From a virus (taxonomy: Duplodnaviria; Caudoviricetes): a stretch of 64,000 nucleotides of DNA. Positions 37,728 through 46,848 of the stretch are shown in pieces (within the stretch, counting starts at the first letter, position 1; each line of letters starts with the position of its first letter). The stretch spans positions 32,001 through 96,000 of the IMG/VR virus record IMGVR_UViG_3300012983_000001. One strand, 5' to 3'. The notes beneath the pieces are model-generated. The model had not been told where the DNA came from and ran no database searches. It worked only from the letters and a program-made list of their open reading frames with translations. Position numbers and translations under genes: made by a program.

Positions 37728-39659
37728 CTACCTCATTATCTGGTCGTTATTAAGAACATTGTACCAACGTCGATGTGTAAACTCATTTTTACGAATCTTC
37801 TGGTAGCTACTTACTGGAGTGTAGAAACCTACTACTCTAGCATATTGGTCCACTTCTGGCTTACCACAAATAGGACATTGTGATACACCGATGAAAGCGT
37901 GCTTATCTTCGCATACAGAAATCTTAGTAGTGAATGCGAAATAGATAACACCCTGCTCAGCGATGTAGTTCAACATATCCCATGCTGCTTCTCTGGTAGT
38001 AAAGCGATTCTCGATATTGATGTGTGCAATACAGCCACCGCCACACTTCGCATCAAATAAGCTACCCAGTCTACATTTCTCCTGAATGGTACATTGTTCC
38101 ATTAACGGAATCCATTGGTTGGAATAAATAAAATACTTGTCTTGTTCATACAGTAAGTTATCTGCCTGACAGATAACACCTGCGCAGTTTTCTGCTGGAA
38201 TCATCTCAAGGTTAAAGGTGAAATCACAATCAAAATTGTCTTTCACGTTATTGATTACATCAAGGATTTCTAATGTAAAGTCCACACCTGCATCAGAGTA
38301 AGACTTATTACCGAATTCATCGGTATTGATGTATCCGAACATATCCATAACTTCGTACATGCCAATACCGCCGATAGTACAGAACTGCTTATCTAACTCT
38401 ACCGCACCATCCTGGTAGTTTGGAAGCAGACCTTTCTCGATATTTCTTTTCAAGATGTGTCTCATGGAATATAAAGCTTTGCAGTCTAATTCTACTCTTT
38501 CTCTTAAGATTTCCAGGTACTTACGTCTGTTCATCTTGGATTCGTAAGCGATTCTTACTAAGTTAATGGTGCTTACTCTACAAGAACCTACAGATAAAGC
38601 AGTACCGCCAATAGAGTTGATGAAAGCATCCAATTTTGTTGTTTCGCTTAACAGACGGCAGCAATTTGACAGCACGCCTACATTGTCACTGATAAAGAAA
38701 TTCGAATCAGACCATTTCATATTATGGTCAGAACACCAGCGAGCAAAGCCTTCATCAATGAAATGCTTGTCTTTGTATAACAGAGAATACGTTAACACTG
38801 GGAATGTAAACATGTTTACTGTTCTGATTTCGCTTACCACTTCCATGAATGTTTTCTGACAATCAATCAGTTCTTCGATGTGGTCAATAGCAAATGTACC
38901 GTCTGGGAATTCCATGCCGCCGAACAATGCTTCCAGATACGGTCTATCAAAGATTGAAATATTAGTAAAAGCACACTGGTCAATTCTTAAGAACGGCTGA
39001 TTCAATCTGTAAATGAACTTCTGGAAGTTCTGTCTTAAGTAATAATCGGGGTCTTTCATTACATGTCCCTGCTCTACGTCCTTGTGCCAAAAGTACCATG
39101 CCCAAATTAACACATTTGGCATACCAACAGCACCAGACTGTCTATTAGACAAGAAGCTTACGAATTCGATAACATCATCGAAATATGTAGTTAAATGCTT
39201 AGGCGGCTCGTTATTGTAGTTATTTAAGAAGAACAAGCCCTCTGTTGCTAATCTTGTAAAGTCATTAGCCCAGCAGTACGGGAAATAACTTGCTGTTGCG
39301 GAATCGTTGAGATAAAAGCCCTTACTAAATTCCTGCTCCAGCCACTGTTTTGCAGTACGCAATCCCCATTTCTTCTTGATTTCTAAGAATATCTTATTCA
39401 GGCCGAACAGCTTATCTTCACTCTTACCCTTTTCGGTCATAAAGCTTCTAATGTCTTTATGCCATGCATTTGCATTCGGGTCGATTGTGGCATCCGCCAT
39501 GGTATCCTGCTGTACGAACTTGTTTAAGAACTCGGAATAATCTAATTGACTTGGATGCAGACCATTGATAAATTCAAAGTCTTCACCGTATTTCTTCTTC
39601 AAATCTTCAAGACAACGCTCAAAGTCTTTTGTTAATCGAATACTGATTTCCATTGACAC
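37728..39659 (-). CDS. nrdD: Class III anaerobic ribonucleotide reductase (no ATP cone)
   Basis: YCW, QSGA, FTFPV, SNCCRL, IPAE, CPICG, RVVGF glycyl loop. Confidence 0.95.
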   Translation of the reverse strand: MSMEISIRLTKDFERCLEDLKKKYGEDFEFINGLHPSQLDYSEFLNKFVQQDTMADATIDPNANAWHKDIRSFMTEKGKSEDKLFGLNKIFLEIKKKWGLRTAKQWLEQEFSKGFYLNDSATASYFPYCWANDFTRLATEGLFFLNNYNNEPPKHLTTYFDDVIEFVSFLSNRQSGAVGMPNVLIWAWYFWHKDVEQGHVMKDPDYYLRQNFQKFIYRLNQPFLRIDQCAFTNISIFDRPYLEALFGGMEFPDGTFAIDHIEELIDCQKTFMEVVSEIRTVNMFTFPVLTYSLLYKDKHFIDEGFARWCSDHNMKWSDSNFFISDNVGVLSNCCRLLSETTKLDAFINSIGGTALSVGSCRVSTINLVRIAYESKMNRRKYLEILRERVELDCKALYSMRHILKRNIEKGLLPNYQDGAVELDKQFCTIGGIGMYEVMDMFGYINTDEFGNKSYSDAGVDFTLEILDVINNVKDNFDCDFTFNLEMIPAENCAGVICQADNLLYEQDKYFIYSNQWIPLMEQCTIQEKCRLGSLFDAKCGGGCIAHINIENRFTTREAAWDMLNYIAEQGVIYFAFTTKISVCEDKHAFIGVSQCPICGKPEVDQYARVVGFYTPVSSYQKIRKNEFTHRRWYNVLNNDQIMR

Positions 39660-39665
39660 ATCCTC

Positions 39666-39869
39666 CTACTGTTTGTTAGCCCAATCATTGGCCTCTGTAA
39701 AATTCATAGCCTTACCATCAACTTCTAACATTGGTGCTGCCATGAATCCCTTCTCCATCATCACTTCCATGTCAGTTACTTCTTCGAATTTGATGTCCTT
39801 CTGGGTTAATTTTTTCTTTAAAACCTCACACTTTGGACAATGTGTTGTATACAGTATAACGTTAGCCAT
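39666..39869 (-). CDS. nrdH: NrdH-like glutaredoxin
   Basis: LYTTHCPKC, APMLEVDG. Confidence 0.85.
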   Translation of the reverse strand: MANVILYTTHCPKCEVLKKKLTQKDIKFEEVTDMEVMMEKGFMAAPMLEVDGKAMNFTEANDWANKQ

Positions 39870-39892
39870 ATTAAAATCCTCCTAATTTTGTA

Positions 39893-40216
39893 TTAGCCTC
39901 GTTTTGCGGCCTGTTCGACTGCTTCTCTTTCGATTTCCATTACCGTCAATAAACAGTAGTTAGCTAAGTCAAGCAAGGTATCAGTAATGGCTTCATCGCC
40001 AGTATTAATGTTATTGTTCTTATCTTTGGCGAGTGTTTTGAGTCTGCTGTACTTGTGGGTAATCTGTGTTACTGCGGAGATAATTCCAAGGTCCTTATAT
40101 AACTCATGGAACGAATCTCCATATGCAGTATTCTTCTGTACATAGGTTTCGTGTATTTCATCGCAAAGCTCTTGATGTCTCTTGTAACCTTTCTCTTGAA
40201 TGGTTAACTCACTCAT
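39893..40216 (-). CDS. DUF1599 / nucleotide-modification-associated domain 1 protein
   Basis: KNTAYGDSF, KYSRL, DTLLDLANY. Confidence 0.85.
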   Translation of the reverse strand: MSELTIQEKGYKRHQELCDEIHETYVQKNTAYGDSFHELYKDLGIISAVTQITHKYSRLKTLAKDKNNNINTGDEAITDTLLDLANYCLLTVMEIEREAVEQAAKRG

Positions 40217-40231
40217 GGGTCTGTCCTCCTT

Positions 40232-40627
40232 TTAGTATATCCAGTTGATTTTGTCGCCTGTACTTAATCCTGCTTCTCCAAACTTCTTGAGCATTTGTGT
40301 AACTTTGGTATTAACATCAATCTCTATGCTCTTGTTTTCGCATTTCTGCAAGAAGTCTGCTAATGGCCAGCTCACTCCAATAGTGGCTTGTCGTTCAGCA
40401 TTATACAAGTACAAAGTATAACATTGCGCCATCAACTCGGTTTTGATAAAATAAATATCAGGGTCTGCCTGGTTGCATACGATGTCTTCGACAAATTTCT
40501 TGATGTAATTATCAATTTGCGCAAGACCTGCGAACATCTTGGCGTATCGTGGATTGGTCTTTGCAAGAGCCGATAACTGATTTAGATTGATTGTATCAGC
40601 TTTCTTACTGATTCTGCCCATCGTCAT
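40232..40627 (-). CDS. Hypothetical protein
   Basis: Overlapping operonic ORF with AGGA RBS. Confidence 0.7.
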   Translation of the reverse strand: MTMGRISKKADTINLNQLSALAKTNPRYAKMFAGLAQIDNYIKKFVEDIVCNQADPDIYFIKTELMAQCYTLYLYNAERQATIGVSWPLADFLQKCENKSIEIDVNTKVTQMLKKFGEAGLSTGDKINWIY

Positions 40628-41006
40628 CCTTCCTTTCTAATATCTTCTCAACTGGCAGTTCTTTGTTCATACGATAGATGATTGTACTACGTGGAATACC
40701 AGTTTCCTTTGACCAATCACTGATATTCATTGTCTTGTTGTCATATGTGAGATATACGGCAGTTGCTGTTGAGTTTCTATTCTTCTCTATGGCTTCCGCC
40801 GCTTTCTCTCGTCTATAATGTCCGCAGCTTTTAATGAGTCCATGCGTTACTCCGTACAATGGAACATCAATTTCATTACCGCAACTACATTCACAGTGTA
40901 CCCAAATGCTGGTGTTCCATGATTTGTATTTATCGGTATCTTCTGGCTTATCAATGTATTTCTTAATTGTAAGCTCATTGTATTGCGTTTCTAATATCGG
41001 TTCCAT
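40605..41006 (-). CDS. Homing-endonuclease-derived DNA-binding protein lacking the HNH core
   Basis: CECSCGN..G..KSCG joined directly to LTYDNKTMNISDWSKETGIPRSTI..R HTH. Confidence 0.65.
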   Translation of the reverse strand: MEPILETQYNELTIKKYIDKPEDTDKYKSWNTSIWVHCECSCGNEIDVPLYGVTHGLIKSCGHYRREKAAEAIEKNRNSTATAVYLTYDNKTMNISDWSKETGIPRSTIIYRMNKELPVEKILERKDDDGQNQ

Positions 41007-41015
41007 CTTGTTCTC

Positions 41016-42152
41016 CTAACCAAATATAATCTGTGAATAAGTTTTTTGTGCTGCTGGGTCACATTCTTTCATATATGCCATTTCTGGATAAAACTCAAAG
41101 AATGCTCGACCTTTGTATGTACCGAATTTGTTCTTAGCAAAGTGTACTTCGAATACAGGTTGCTTGTATGGATTACCTTGTTTCATGTAAAAGATATCAG
41201 CACCGTCGCCTTTATAGTGGACTTCGTTATAGACAAGCAATACAGCTTTGGCTTCATACTTAATCTTAACGGCTTCTCTGATATCATCAAGGATAGGTCT
41301 ACGGTTACCGTTCAATTTCTTCAATTCGGCTGAACAAACAACCACGATATTATGCTTAATCGCTAAATCGGAACACCACTGCGCTAAGTAATCGAATTTC
41401 GCCTTGTCCTGTAAACTAGGCTGTGATGCGATATTCAAATCGTGGAAGTTGTCAATACATACAACTAGCTTCTTGTTCATACCGTTTGCATCGAAGTATA
41501 TCAGTTTTTCTTCGATTTCTTTTTCAATGTCCTCTATAAAAGTACTGAATGTTGCATCGTATGCACGGTATCTATCTACTTTGGCTCTTAAATTTAAAAT
41601 CGCATTCTTTCTGCGGATGAGCATCAGTGGATAGTTCATGTAATTCAACGGTGTCTTAACAGCATTGATAATGAGTTTACCAGAACATGCCGCTACTCTG
41701 GCAAGCTTATCTGGCATCGCATCATCAAGAGAGAAGTCCATTACGTATACGTCTGGATTATTTTCAACAACACCCCATGCAAGCTGGGTGATAAATGCTG
41801 ATTTACCAAGGTTGGAATCTCCTGCTATGATAATAAATCCTGGAAACAACCCGCCTTCGAATCCTTTATCTATGCTGTCAAAGCCAGTTTTAATGCCTAT
41901 ATTCTTTGCTTGCCATGCGTTAGTCTCGAATGTATCAAGCGTATTCCACATGGCAAGCTCATAATCTTCAGAAGGTTTCTGAGGATAATTAAATGTGACA
42001 TTGTTAGGATTAGTATTGCCTATTTGTACGGAACAACTGGAATCAGTATAAGCGTTATCTTGAGCAGGAATTGCAGGTCCGTAAAAGTTAGGTGCGTTAA
42101 TGGTAATGACTTGATTGGTTTCCTGGTCAGTTACTTGTATCTGATTACTCAT
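41016..42152 (-). CDS. dnaB: DnaB-like replicative helicase (RecA-fold domain only)
   Basis: IKTGFDSID, AGDSNLGKS, VCIDN, RPILDDIRE, AKNKFG. Confidence 0.85.
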   Translation of the reverse strand: MSNQIQVTDQETNQVITINAPNFYGPAIPAQDNAYTDSSCSVQIGNTNPNNVTFNYPQKPSEDYELAMWNTLDTFETNAWQAKNIGIKTGFDSIDKGFEGGLFPGFIIIAGDSNLGKSAFITQLAWGVVENNPDVYVMDFSLDDAMPDKLARVAACSGKLIINAVKTPLNYMNYPLMLIRRKNAILNLRAKVDRYRAYDATFSTFIEDIEKEIEEKLIYFDANGMNKKLVVCIDNFHDLNIASQPSLQDKAKFDYLAQWCSDLAIKHNIVVVCSAELKKLNGNRRPILDDIREAVKIKYEAKAVLLVYNEVHYKGDGADIFYMKQGNPYKQPVFEVHFAKNKFGTYKGRAFFEFYPEMAYMKECDPAAQKTYSQIIFG

Positions 42153-42171
42153 GTTGTTTTCTCCTTGTTAG

Positions 42172-42426
42172 TTACTTTGTAGGGTCAACAGGCTTGTTTG
42201 TAATCATGTTTATAAATGTTACGTCAACATAAATGTGGTCTTTGATTTGGTCAAATTGCAAAACCGCATGTATATGATGTCCATTCAATATCTGATTAGC
42301 TTCATTTACAGCCTGTTGACAACATCCTCTGAACCGATGAATGTTTTCTGATGTCATAAACTCATAAAGGAATTGATTCTTAAGTTTGTCTAAGCGTGTA
42401 AATAATTTTTGCACTGTCTCTTTCAT
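42172..42426 (-). CDS. Hypothetical protein
   Basis: AGGAG RBS. Confidence 0.7.
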   Translation of the reverse strand: MKETVQKLFTRLDKLKNQFLYEFMTSENIHRFRGCCQQAVNEANQILNGHHIHAVLQFDQIKDHIYVDVTFINMITNKPVDPTK

Positions 42427-42435
42427 AATATTCTC

Positions 42436-42951
42436 CTACTCTGTAGTACTGCCCATGCCTCCGTTGCGGATGCCATCAGCATCGTCGTCGATTGTCAGAC
42501 CGAATGGTAAGAAAATACCTTGCGCAAAACCATTGCCAGCCTGTACATTAAGAATCTTACCTTCATTGGAATCATTGGTTACCTTAATGAAGATGTGGCC
42601 TTCGTTGTCAGAATTTACGTAATCACTGTCAATAATGCCAACGGTGTTGTTTAACTGTAAGCGGAACTTAAATCCAAGACCGCTACGCGGGAAAAGCATC
42701 AATACCCAGCTGATGTCCATTGTACATCTGATACCTGTAGGAATCTTAATGGTCTTGCCTGGAGATAATTCAAAGGTCATTGGAGCAAAGAAATCATATC
42801 CTGCGGAACCCGTGGTTGCTCTCTTTGGCAACTTGATATTGTCGTAAATTACTTCTGCTTCGTCTTTGGTGCAACCGAATGTGTCAATCCAGTCAGCTAC
42901 GAACTGTTCCTTGCTTACTTTGTTGAATTGTGCTATGCTTCTGTTGTACAT
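42436..42951 (-). CDS. dut: Trimeric dUTPase (intact)
   Basis: SAGYDF, PRSGLG, GIIDSDY, FAQG, RNGGMGST. Confidence 0.95.
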   Translation of the reverse strand: MYNRSIAQFNKVSKEQFVADWIDTFGCTKDEAEVIYDNIKLPKRATTGSAGYDFFAPMTFELSPGKTIKIPTGIRCTMDISWVLMLFPRSGLGFKFRLQLNNTVGIIDSDYVNSDNEGHIFIKVTNDSNEGKILNVQAGNGFAQGIFLPFGLTIDDDADGIRNGGMGSTTE

Positions 42952-43978
42952 TATCTTGTCCTTCTTTCTTTTTTGATAGTTTACATCTGCTTTCATCACA
43001 AACAGATATAGTCTTCAGAGTACTACAACCATATATCTTTTCGCCCATAAAGATACTTTTGATTGTTTTCTTCATCTCTTGAGCCCCAGTAGGTTTCACA
43101 TTCTTATCGTTCCATTCTGAGATAAAGTCTATAGTTTCATTCAAAGACTTTCCAGAGTTCTTACAGAACCCTGTCAGACATGCAATTGTAATATTACGTT
43201 GTCCCTCTGGTGCTCCATTTTCCAATATGTATTGAATACATGGCGGTGTAAAATCGTATTTTCTCTTAAACTTACGGTCTTTCTTCGCTTCTTTGTCTAA
43301 GATATAATACTCTTCAACGGCTCGTTGGAATTGCTTTTGTGCAATATTGTTCGTTGCAAATAATGTACTAAAGTGCAGGTCCCTTGGTTGTTGAGCCATT
43401 GTCTTAATTTGGTCTTCTGTCAGGTTTCGTAATTCATCAGAAGTGATTGGTATCTTGTACAGCTTACTTTTCTCATGGATAGTATTAGCTATACGAAATA
43501 AACGTTTGTTGTCGTAGATTTGCGTATCAATAGTCTTGTGTGGCGTAAAAGACTTAATAGATAACGCAATGGTTTTAAATACCCCATTCAGTAATGGCAT
43601 CGGCTCAATCCCAAGTATCTTAGCAGGAACAATAATGTGAATGCCTTTGTTCCCACTAAAATATATCTGCACTTGGTTTTCTTCGATGTGGTATACAATC
43701 TTTAAATAACTGAGTGCCGTTAATGCGTCCGCTCTTACATGAGAGAAATCATTAACATCATCGAAGTCTAAATATAAATCTCCGAATAAGTCTGACTTAG
43801 CGATATCTGTAGTGCTATAACGGTACGCACTACAAAACACACTGTATCTATTACGGTTTGCAATAAAATTAGAAATTGTCCGATACGGTATATAATTCCC
43901 ACGACTAAAACCTCTCTCTCCATTAGATTCGAATCCGAAGCCTACTTCACACAGGTAACACTCTTGTTCTGTACACAT
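42893..43978 (-). CDS. AEP primase-polymerase with PriCT-like C-terminus
   Basis: DLYLDFD, FSGNKGIH, IDTQIYD..RLFR, PPCI..EGQRN. Confidence 0.85.
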   Translation of the reverse strand: MCTEQECYLCEVGFGFESNGERGFSRGNYIPYRTISNFIANRNRYSVFCSAYRYSTTDIAKSDLFGDLYLDFDDVNDFSHVRADALTALSYLKIVYHIEENQVQIYFSGNKGIHIIVPAKILGIEPMPLLNGVFKTIALSIKSFTPHKTIDTQIYDNKRLFRIANTIHEKSKLYKIPITSDELRNLTEDQIKTMAQQPRDLHFSTLFATNNIAQKQFQRAVEEYYILDKEAKKDRKFKRKYDFTPPCIQYILENGAPEGQRNITIACLTGFCKNSGKSLNETIDFISEWNDKNVKPTGAQEMKKTIKSIFMGEKIYGCSTLKTISVCDESRCKLSKKKEGQDNVQQKHSTIQQSKQGTVRS

Positions 43979-44585
43979 ATTTATTGCCTCCAGAATATAC
44001 ACAGTTATTCTTAATCTCTTCAAGATACTGTGAAGCTGTTGAACTATAGGAATCGAAATCAGTTAATGTAAATACTTTGTGCTCTGCCTCATACATACGT
44101 GCTGCTCCTTCAATCATGAAGAGCAATTTGTCCAGACCATATTTTTCTATCATATGTCTGAACATCCCTGCCATACGTTTAGGATTGTATTCCTGCACGT
44201 CTGCCATGTCTTTGGAGTAGAAGTATGTAAGTAAATCATTCATAGTATAGCTGGCTACTGGCTCTAAATAGTACTCTATCTTTTCGCTAGTCATGGTGCC
44301 GCTGTCTATATCATGATGAATAACAGGAAGCGAATTCATAAGCTTTAATTGTTTATGATAATACATCACTCCCTGCTTTAAAAGATTACCTTCCTGCTTG
44401 CAAGGTTTTGCGAACTTATAGGCTGGGAATGGCTTCTTTTTGTGTAAGTCATCCAGCATCGCGTTACGAATCTCTTCGTAAGTATAACCATTATCAAGAA
44501 ACATGCACAGCTGTGCAATGATTTCCTTCTTGCGTTGCTCGGTTGGGCTACACTTTTCAATCAACACGATATATGTAGCCGCCAA
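43947..44585 (-). CDS. Hypothetical protein
   Basis: 212-aa operonic ORF. Confidence 0.7.
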   Translation of the reverse strand: MAATYIVLIEKCSPTEQRKKEIIAQLCMFLDNGYTYEEIRNAMLDDLHKKKPFPAYKFAKPCKQEGNLLKQGVMYYHKQLKLMNSLPVIHHDIDSGTMTSEKIEYYLEPVASYTMNDLLTYFYSKDMADVQEYNPKRMAGMFRHMIEKYGLDKLLFMIEGAARMYEAEHKVFTLTDFDSYSSTASQYLEEIKNNCVYSGGNKYVYRTRVLPV

Positions 44586-44608
44586 ATCAAAAACGGAACC
44601 TTTCTTGA

Positions 44609-45379
44609 CTAGCAGTCCATTTTTCCCAGGCCTTCAACCCAGTCTAAGAACGCATTTGCATTTGCAGGTGTAATCTGTGATTTACTTGTGAGGGTTTTGT
44701 CCCATGTATTGACATAGTTACCAAACATTGCATCATTCGTGATATCGAAATCCTGCTTGAACTTGTTCAGTCTGTCAATCTGTCTCTGAGAAAAGCCTTT
44801 GTATTTCTCTAATGGAGCATCATAATCGGATGGCACATTAGACTCTGGTGCAGGTGTGCTTGTAACTTCCTGCTGAAGTTCTCTATGGCAATTCTCTGTC
44901 ATTGCATCCATAGGAACACCCTGTAACGGAATACCGTTGTTGTCTTTGTAATTATAGAACTGTGCCGCTGTGTTTACTTGCTCTGGCGCTGGCTGACCCA
45001 AAGCACTCATAATCTGGTCTGCTGTCATTTGCTGACTGCCAGGATTAGCCTGAGGCGTAGACTGTGGAGCAGCTGTCTTCTTGTCAATAAATGTTTGACA
45101 AGCATCTAAAATAGCGAACAAATGATTCACATGATAATCCTTGACCTTACATAAAGAACGTCCTGTGTATACTCTTCCTGGAGTATAAACCGTTACTGTT
45201 GTACAGACCATTGAATTATCCATAGCAAATCTTTCGTCCGCTAACTCCCATGTCCATAATTCACCGAAGAACTTATCCAGTGCTGGAATGATATCTGTAT
45301 AAGCTACTTCTGGCATTTTTGTGCCTTTCTTTTCTGGTACTAATCCCATGTAAAACTTGCATAACTCTGTGTTGCTCAT
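44609..45379 (-). CDS. Putative Rad52/Sak-like annealing protein
   Basis: YTDIIPALDKFFG..WTW..VTV..G resembles the Rad52 N-domain; ATG 45379 after AAAGGAG. Confidence 0.45.
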   Translation of the reverse strand: MSNTELCKFYMGLVPEKKGTKMPEVAYTDIIPALDKFFGELWTWELADERFAMDNSMVCTTVTVYTPGRVYTGRSLCKVKDYHVNHLFAILDACQTFIDKKTAAPQSTPQANPGSQQMTADQIMSALGQPAPEQVNTAAQFYNYKDNNGIPLQGVPMDAMTENCHRELQQEVTSTPAPESNVPSDYDAPLEKYKGFSQRQIDRLNKFKQDFDITNDAMFGNYVNTWDKTLTSKSQITPANANAFLDWVEGLGKMDC

Positions 45380-45410
45380 TTTGTTTACTCCTTTCACTTG
45401 ATGTATTTTA

Positions 45411-45439
45411 ATAATACAACTTAAAATCCTAGATGTCAA
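45411..45439 (-). promoter_or_regulatory. sigA promoter at the head of the minus-strand replication operon
   Basis: TTGACA, 17 bp, TATTAT. Confidence 0.75.
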
Positions 45440-45451
45440 TACCATAAATAG

Positions 45452-45482
45452 AAAAAGACCAGAATATTTCATCTAGTCTTTT
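45452..45482 (-). terminator. Terminator ending the structural operon
   Basis: Minus strand AAAAGACTAGA-tgaaatat-TCTGGTCTTTTT. Confidence 0.7.
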
Positions 45483-45486
45483 CCTG

Positions 45487-45561
45487 TTTCGTCTTACGGA
45501 TATAAAACAAAACAGCAAGTTATGAGTTTTACTGATTTGATTATATCCTATTCTGACGAAA
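45487..45561 (-). ncRNA. Candidate structured RNA (long imperfect stem-loop)
   Basis: Nested pairs TTTCGTC/GACGAAA, GGATATAA/TTATATCC, CAAA/TTTG, CAGTAA/TTGCTG. Confidence 0.4.
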
Positions 45562-45576
45562 TATTCAATACATAAT

Positions 45577-46848
45577 TTACGCTAATTTGTATTTTACATT
45601 ACACTTATAAATGTTCGGCGTCACCTGGTTACCTTCAATGGTATAACGGACCATCATTTTATGTCCCTGTAATACAAATGGACATGTCGACGGAATCTTA
45701 TGAGTATTACCATTGGAATCAAAATAGAAATACTCTTTAGATACACCGAAGTTTCCGTCGTCGGTCATATGCGCATTGTTAAAAAAGACTTCGCTGTCAT
45801 AAACCTTGATGTTCTTATCGGTCTCTGGGAAGTCATATACCATTTCGAATACGCTATGGTCTCTTGTATATACGTTATATAAAACGTTAACATCTCTGAG
45901 ACCAAAGTACCAGATACGTCTATTGTTTTCCGCATCATATTCGTAGTTACGCTGACGTAACTTAATCTTCAGCTGACTAGTCTGTAATCCCTGAAAATTG
46001 AATTTGATATTCGACGAATTATTGATTGCATGATATTGATATGCATTTCCAAAAGCATCGTTCGCAGAATACTCCATACAACCATGATGTTCAGTAAACC
46101 CTGGGATTCTTTGCCATGCGCCGTTAGATTTATATTGCACGTCCATAATGTCTACAAATCCAACAGGGAAGGCTTTAACAATTATTTGGTTCATTAAACG
46201 TGTAGTAATGATATCCTCAGGGAGACCAACTATAACTTCGTTTTCAATAAATTCTACCTCTGGACTGGTAGTAACCTTACGAAACCAAACATTGTTATCA
46301 TTGCCATCGAATGCGTGCGTAATATCGCTATCTTCGATTGCATAGATGAGTCCGCCAACTTTGAAACTATCTGGTCCAATATAAGCTTGTAAGCTAGGTG
46401 ATACCAGCGTTTCATCATACGTAGAATCATACAAACGTGTTTTACTGATACTGCTGGCGATATGCGCTACGATATCATTTGTATTTTGGTCAATGGTTGC
46501 AGCGTACTCGTCATCAGTAGTAGTTGCCTCGAATGCATAACGACTAACAGTTCGGAATTCATCGTCCTTACTAGTTAAGTTATTGTATGCTTCTTGCAGT
46601 CTATCCAAATTGGTGACCGCAGCTTCCAAACGTTTCGCATAACACACTGATTCAATGTTGTTGGACAGATTCATTTCGTAGATAGTCTTTTGTAATTGAT
46701 TTGCTTTGTTAAACAAATCCAGGATATCATGAAAAGCTTCCTGTTGCATTGCATTCAGATTTTCACTGCTCATTGGGGCTCTGTATCTAAAGTCCCGTTC
46801 TTTAATGCTTGGTATGTTTCTTACAAACAGATTACTGCTATTACTCAT
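45577..46848 (-). CDS. Putative virion (baseplate-like) protein
   Basis: Paralog-family motifs SSENLN..DI and TPNIYKC; AFDGNDNNVW; ATG 46848 after AGGAGG. Confidence 0.65.
   Translation of the reverse strand: MSNSSNLFVRNIPSIKERDFRYRAPMSSENLNAMQQEAFHDILDLFNKANQLQKTIYEMNLSNNIESVCYAKRLEAAVTNLDRLQEAYNNLTSKDDEFRTVSRYAFEATTTDDEYAATIDQNTNDIVAHIASSISKTRLYDSTYDETLVSPSLQAYIGPDSFKVGGLIYAIEDSDITHAFDGNDNNVWFRKVTTSPEVEFIENEVIVGLPEDIITTRLMNQIIVKAFPVGFVDIMDVQYKSNGAWQRIPGFTEHHGCMEYSANDAFGNAYQYHAINNSSNIKFNFQGLQTSQLKIKLRQRNYEYDAENNRRIWYFGLRDVNVLYNVYTRDHSVFEMVYDFPETDKNIKVYDSEVFFNNAHMTDDGNFGVSKEYFYFDSNGNTHKIPSTCPFVLQGHKMMVRYTIEGNQVTPNIYKCNVKYKLA

Noticed and set aside
5786-39659. Inteins or introns in dnaE, recA or nrdD
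   Set aside because: Lengths and motif spacing are normal; no C...HN splice motifs or interruptions
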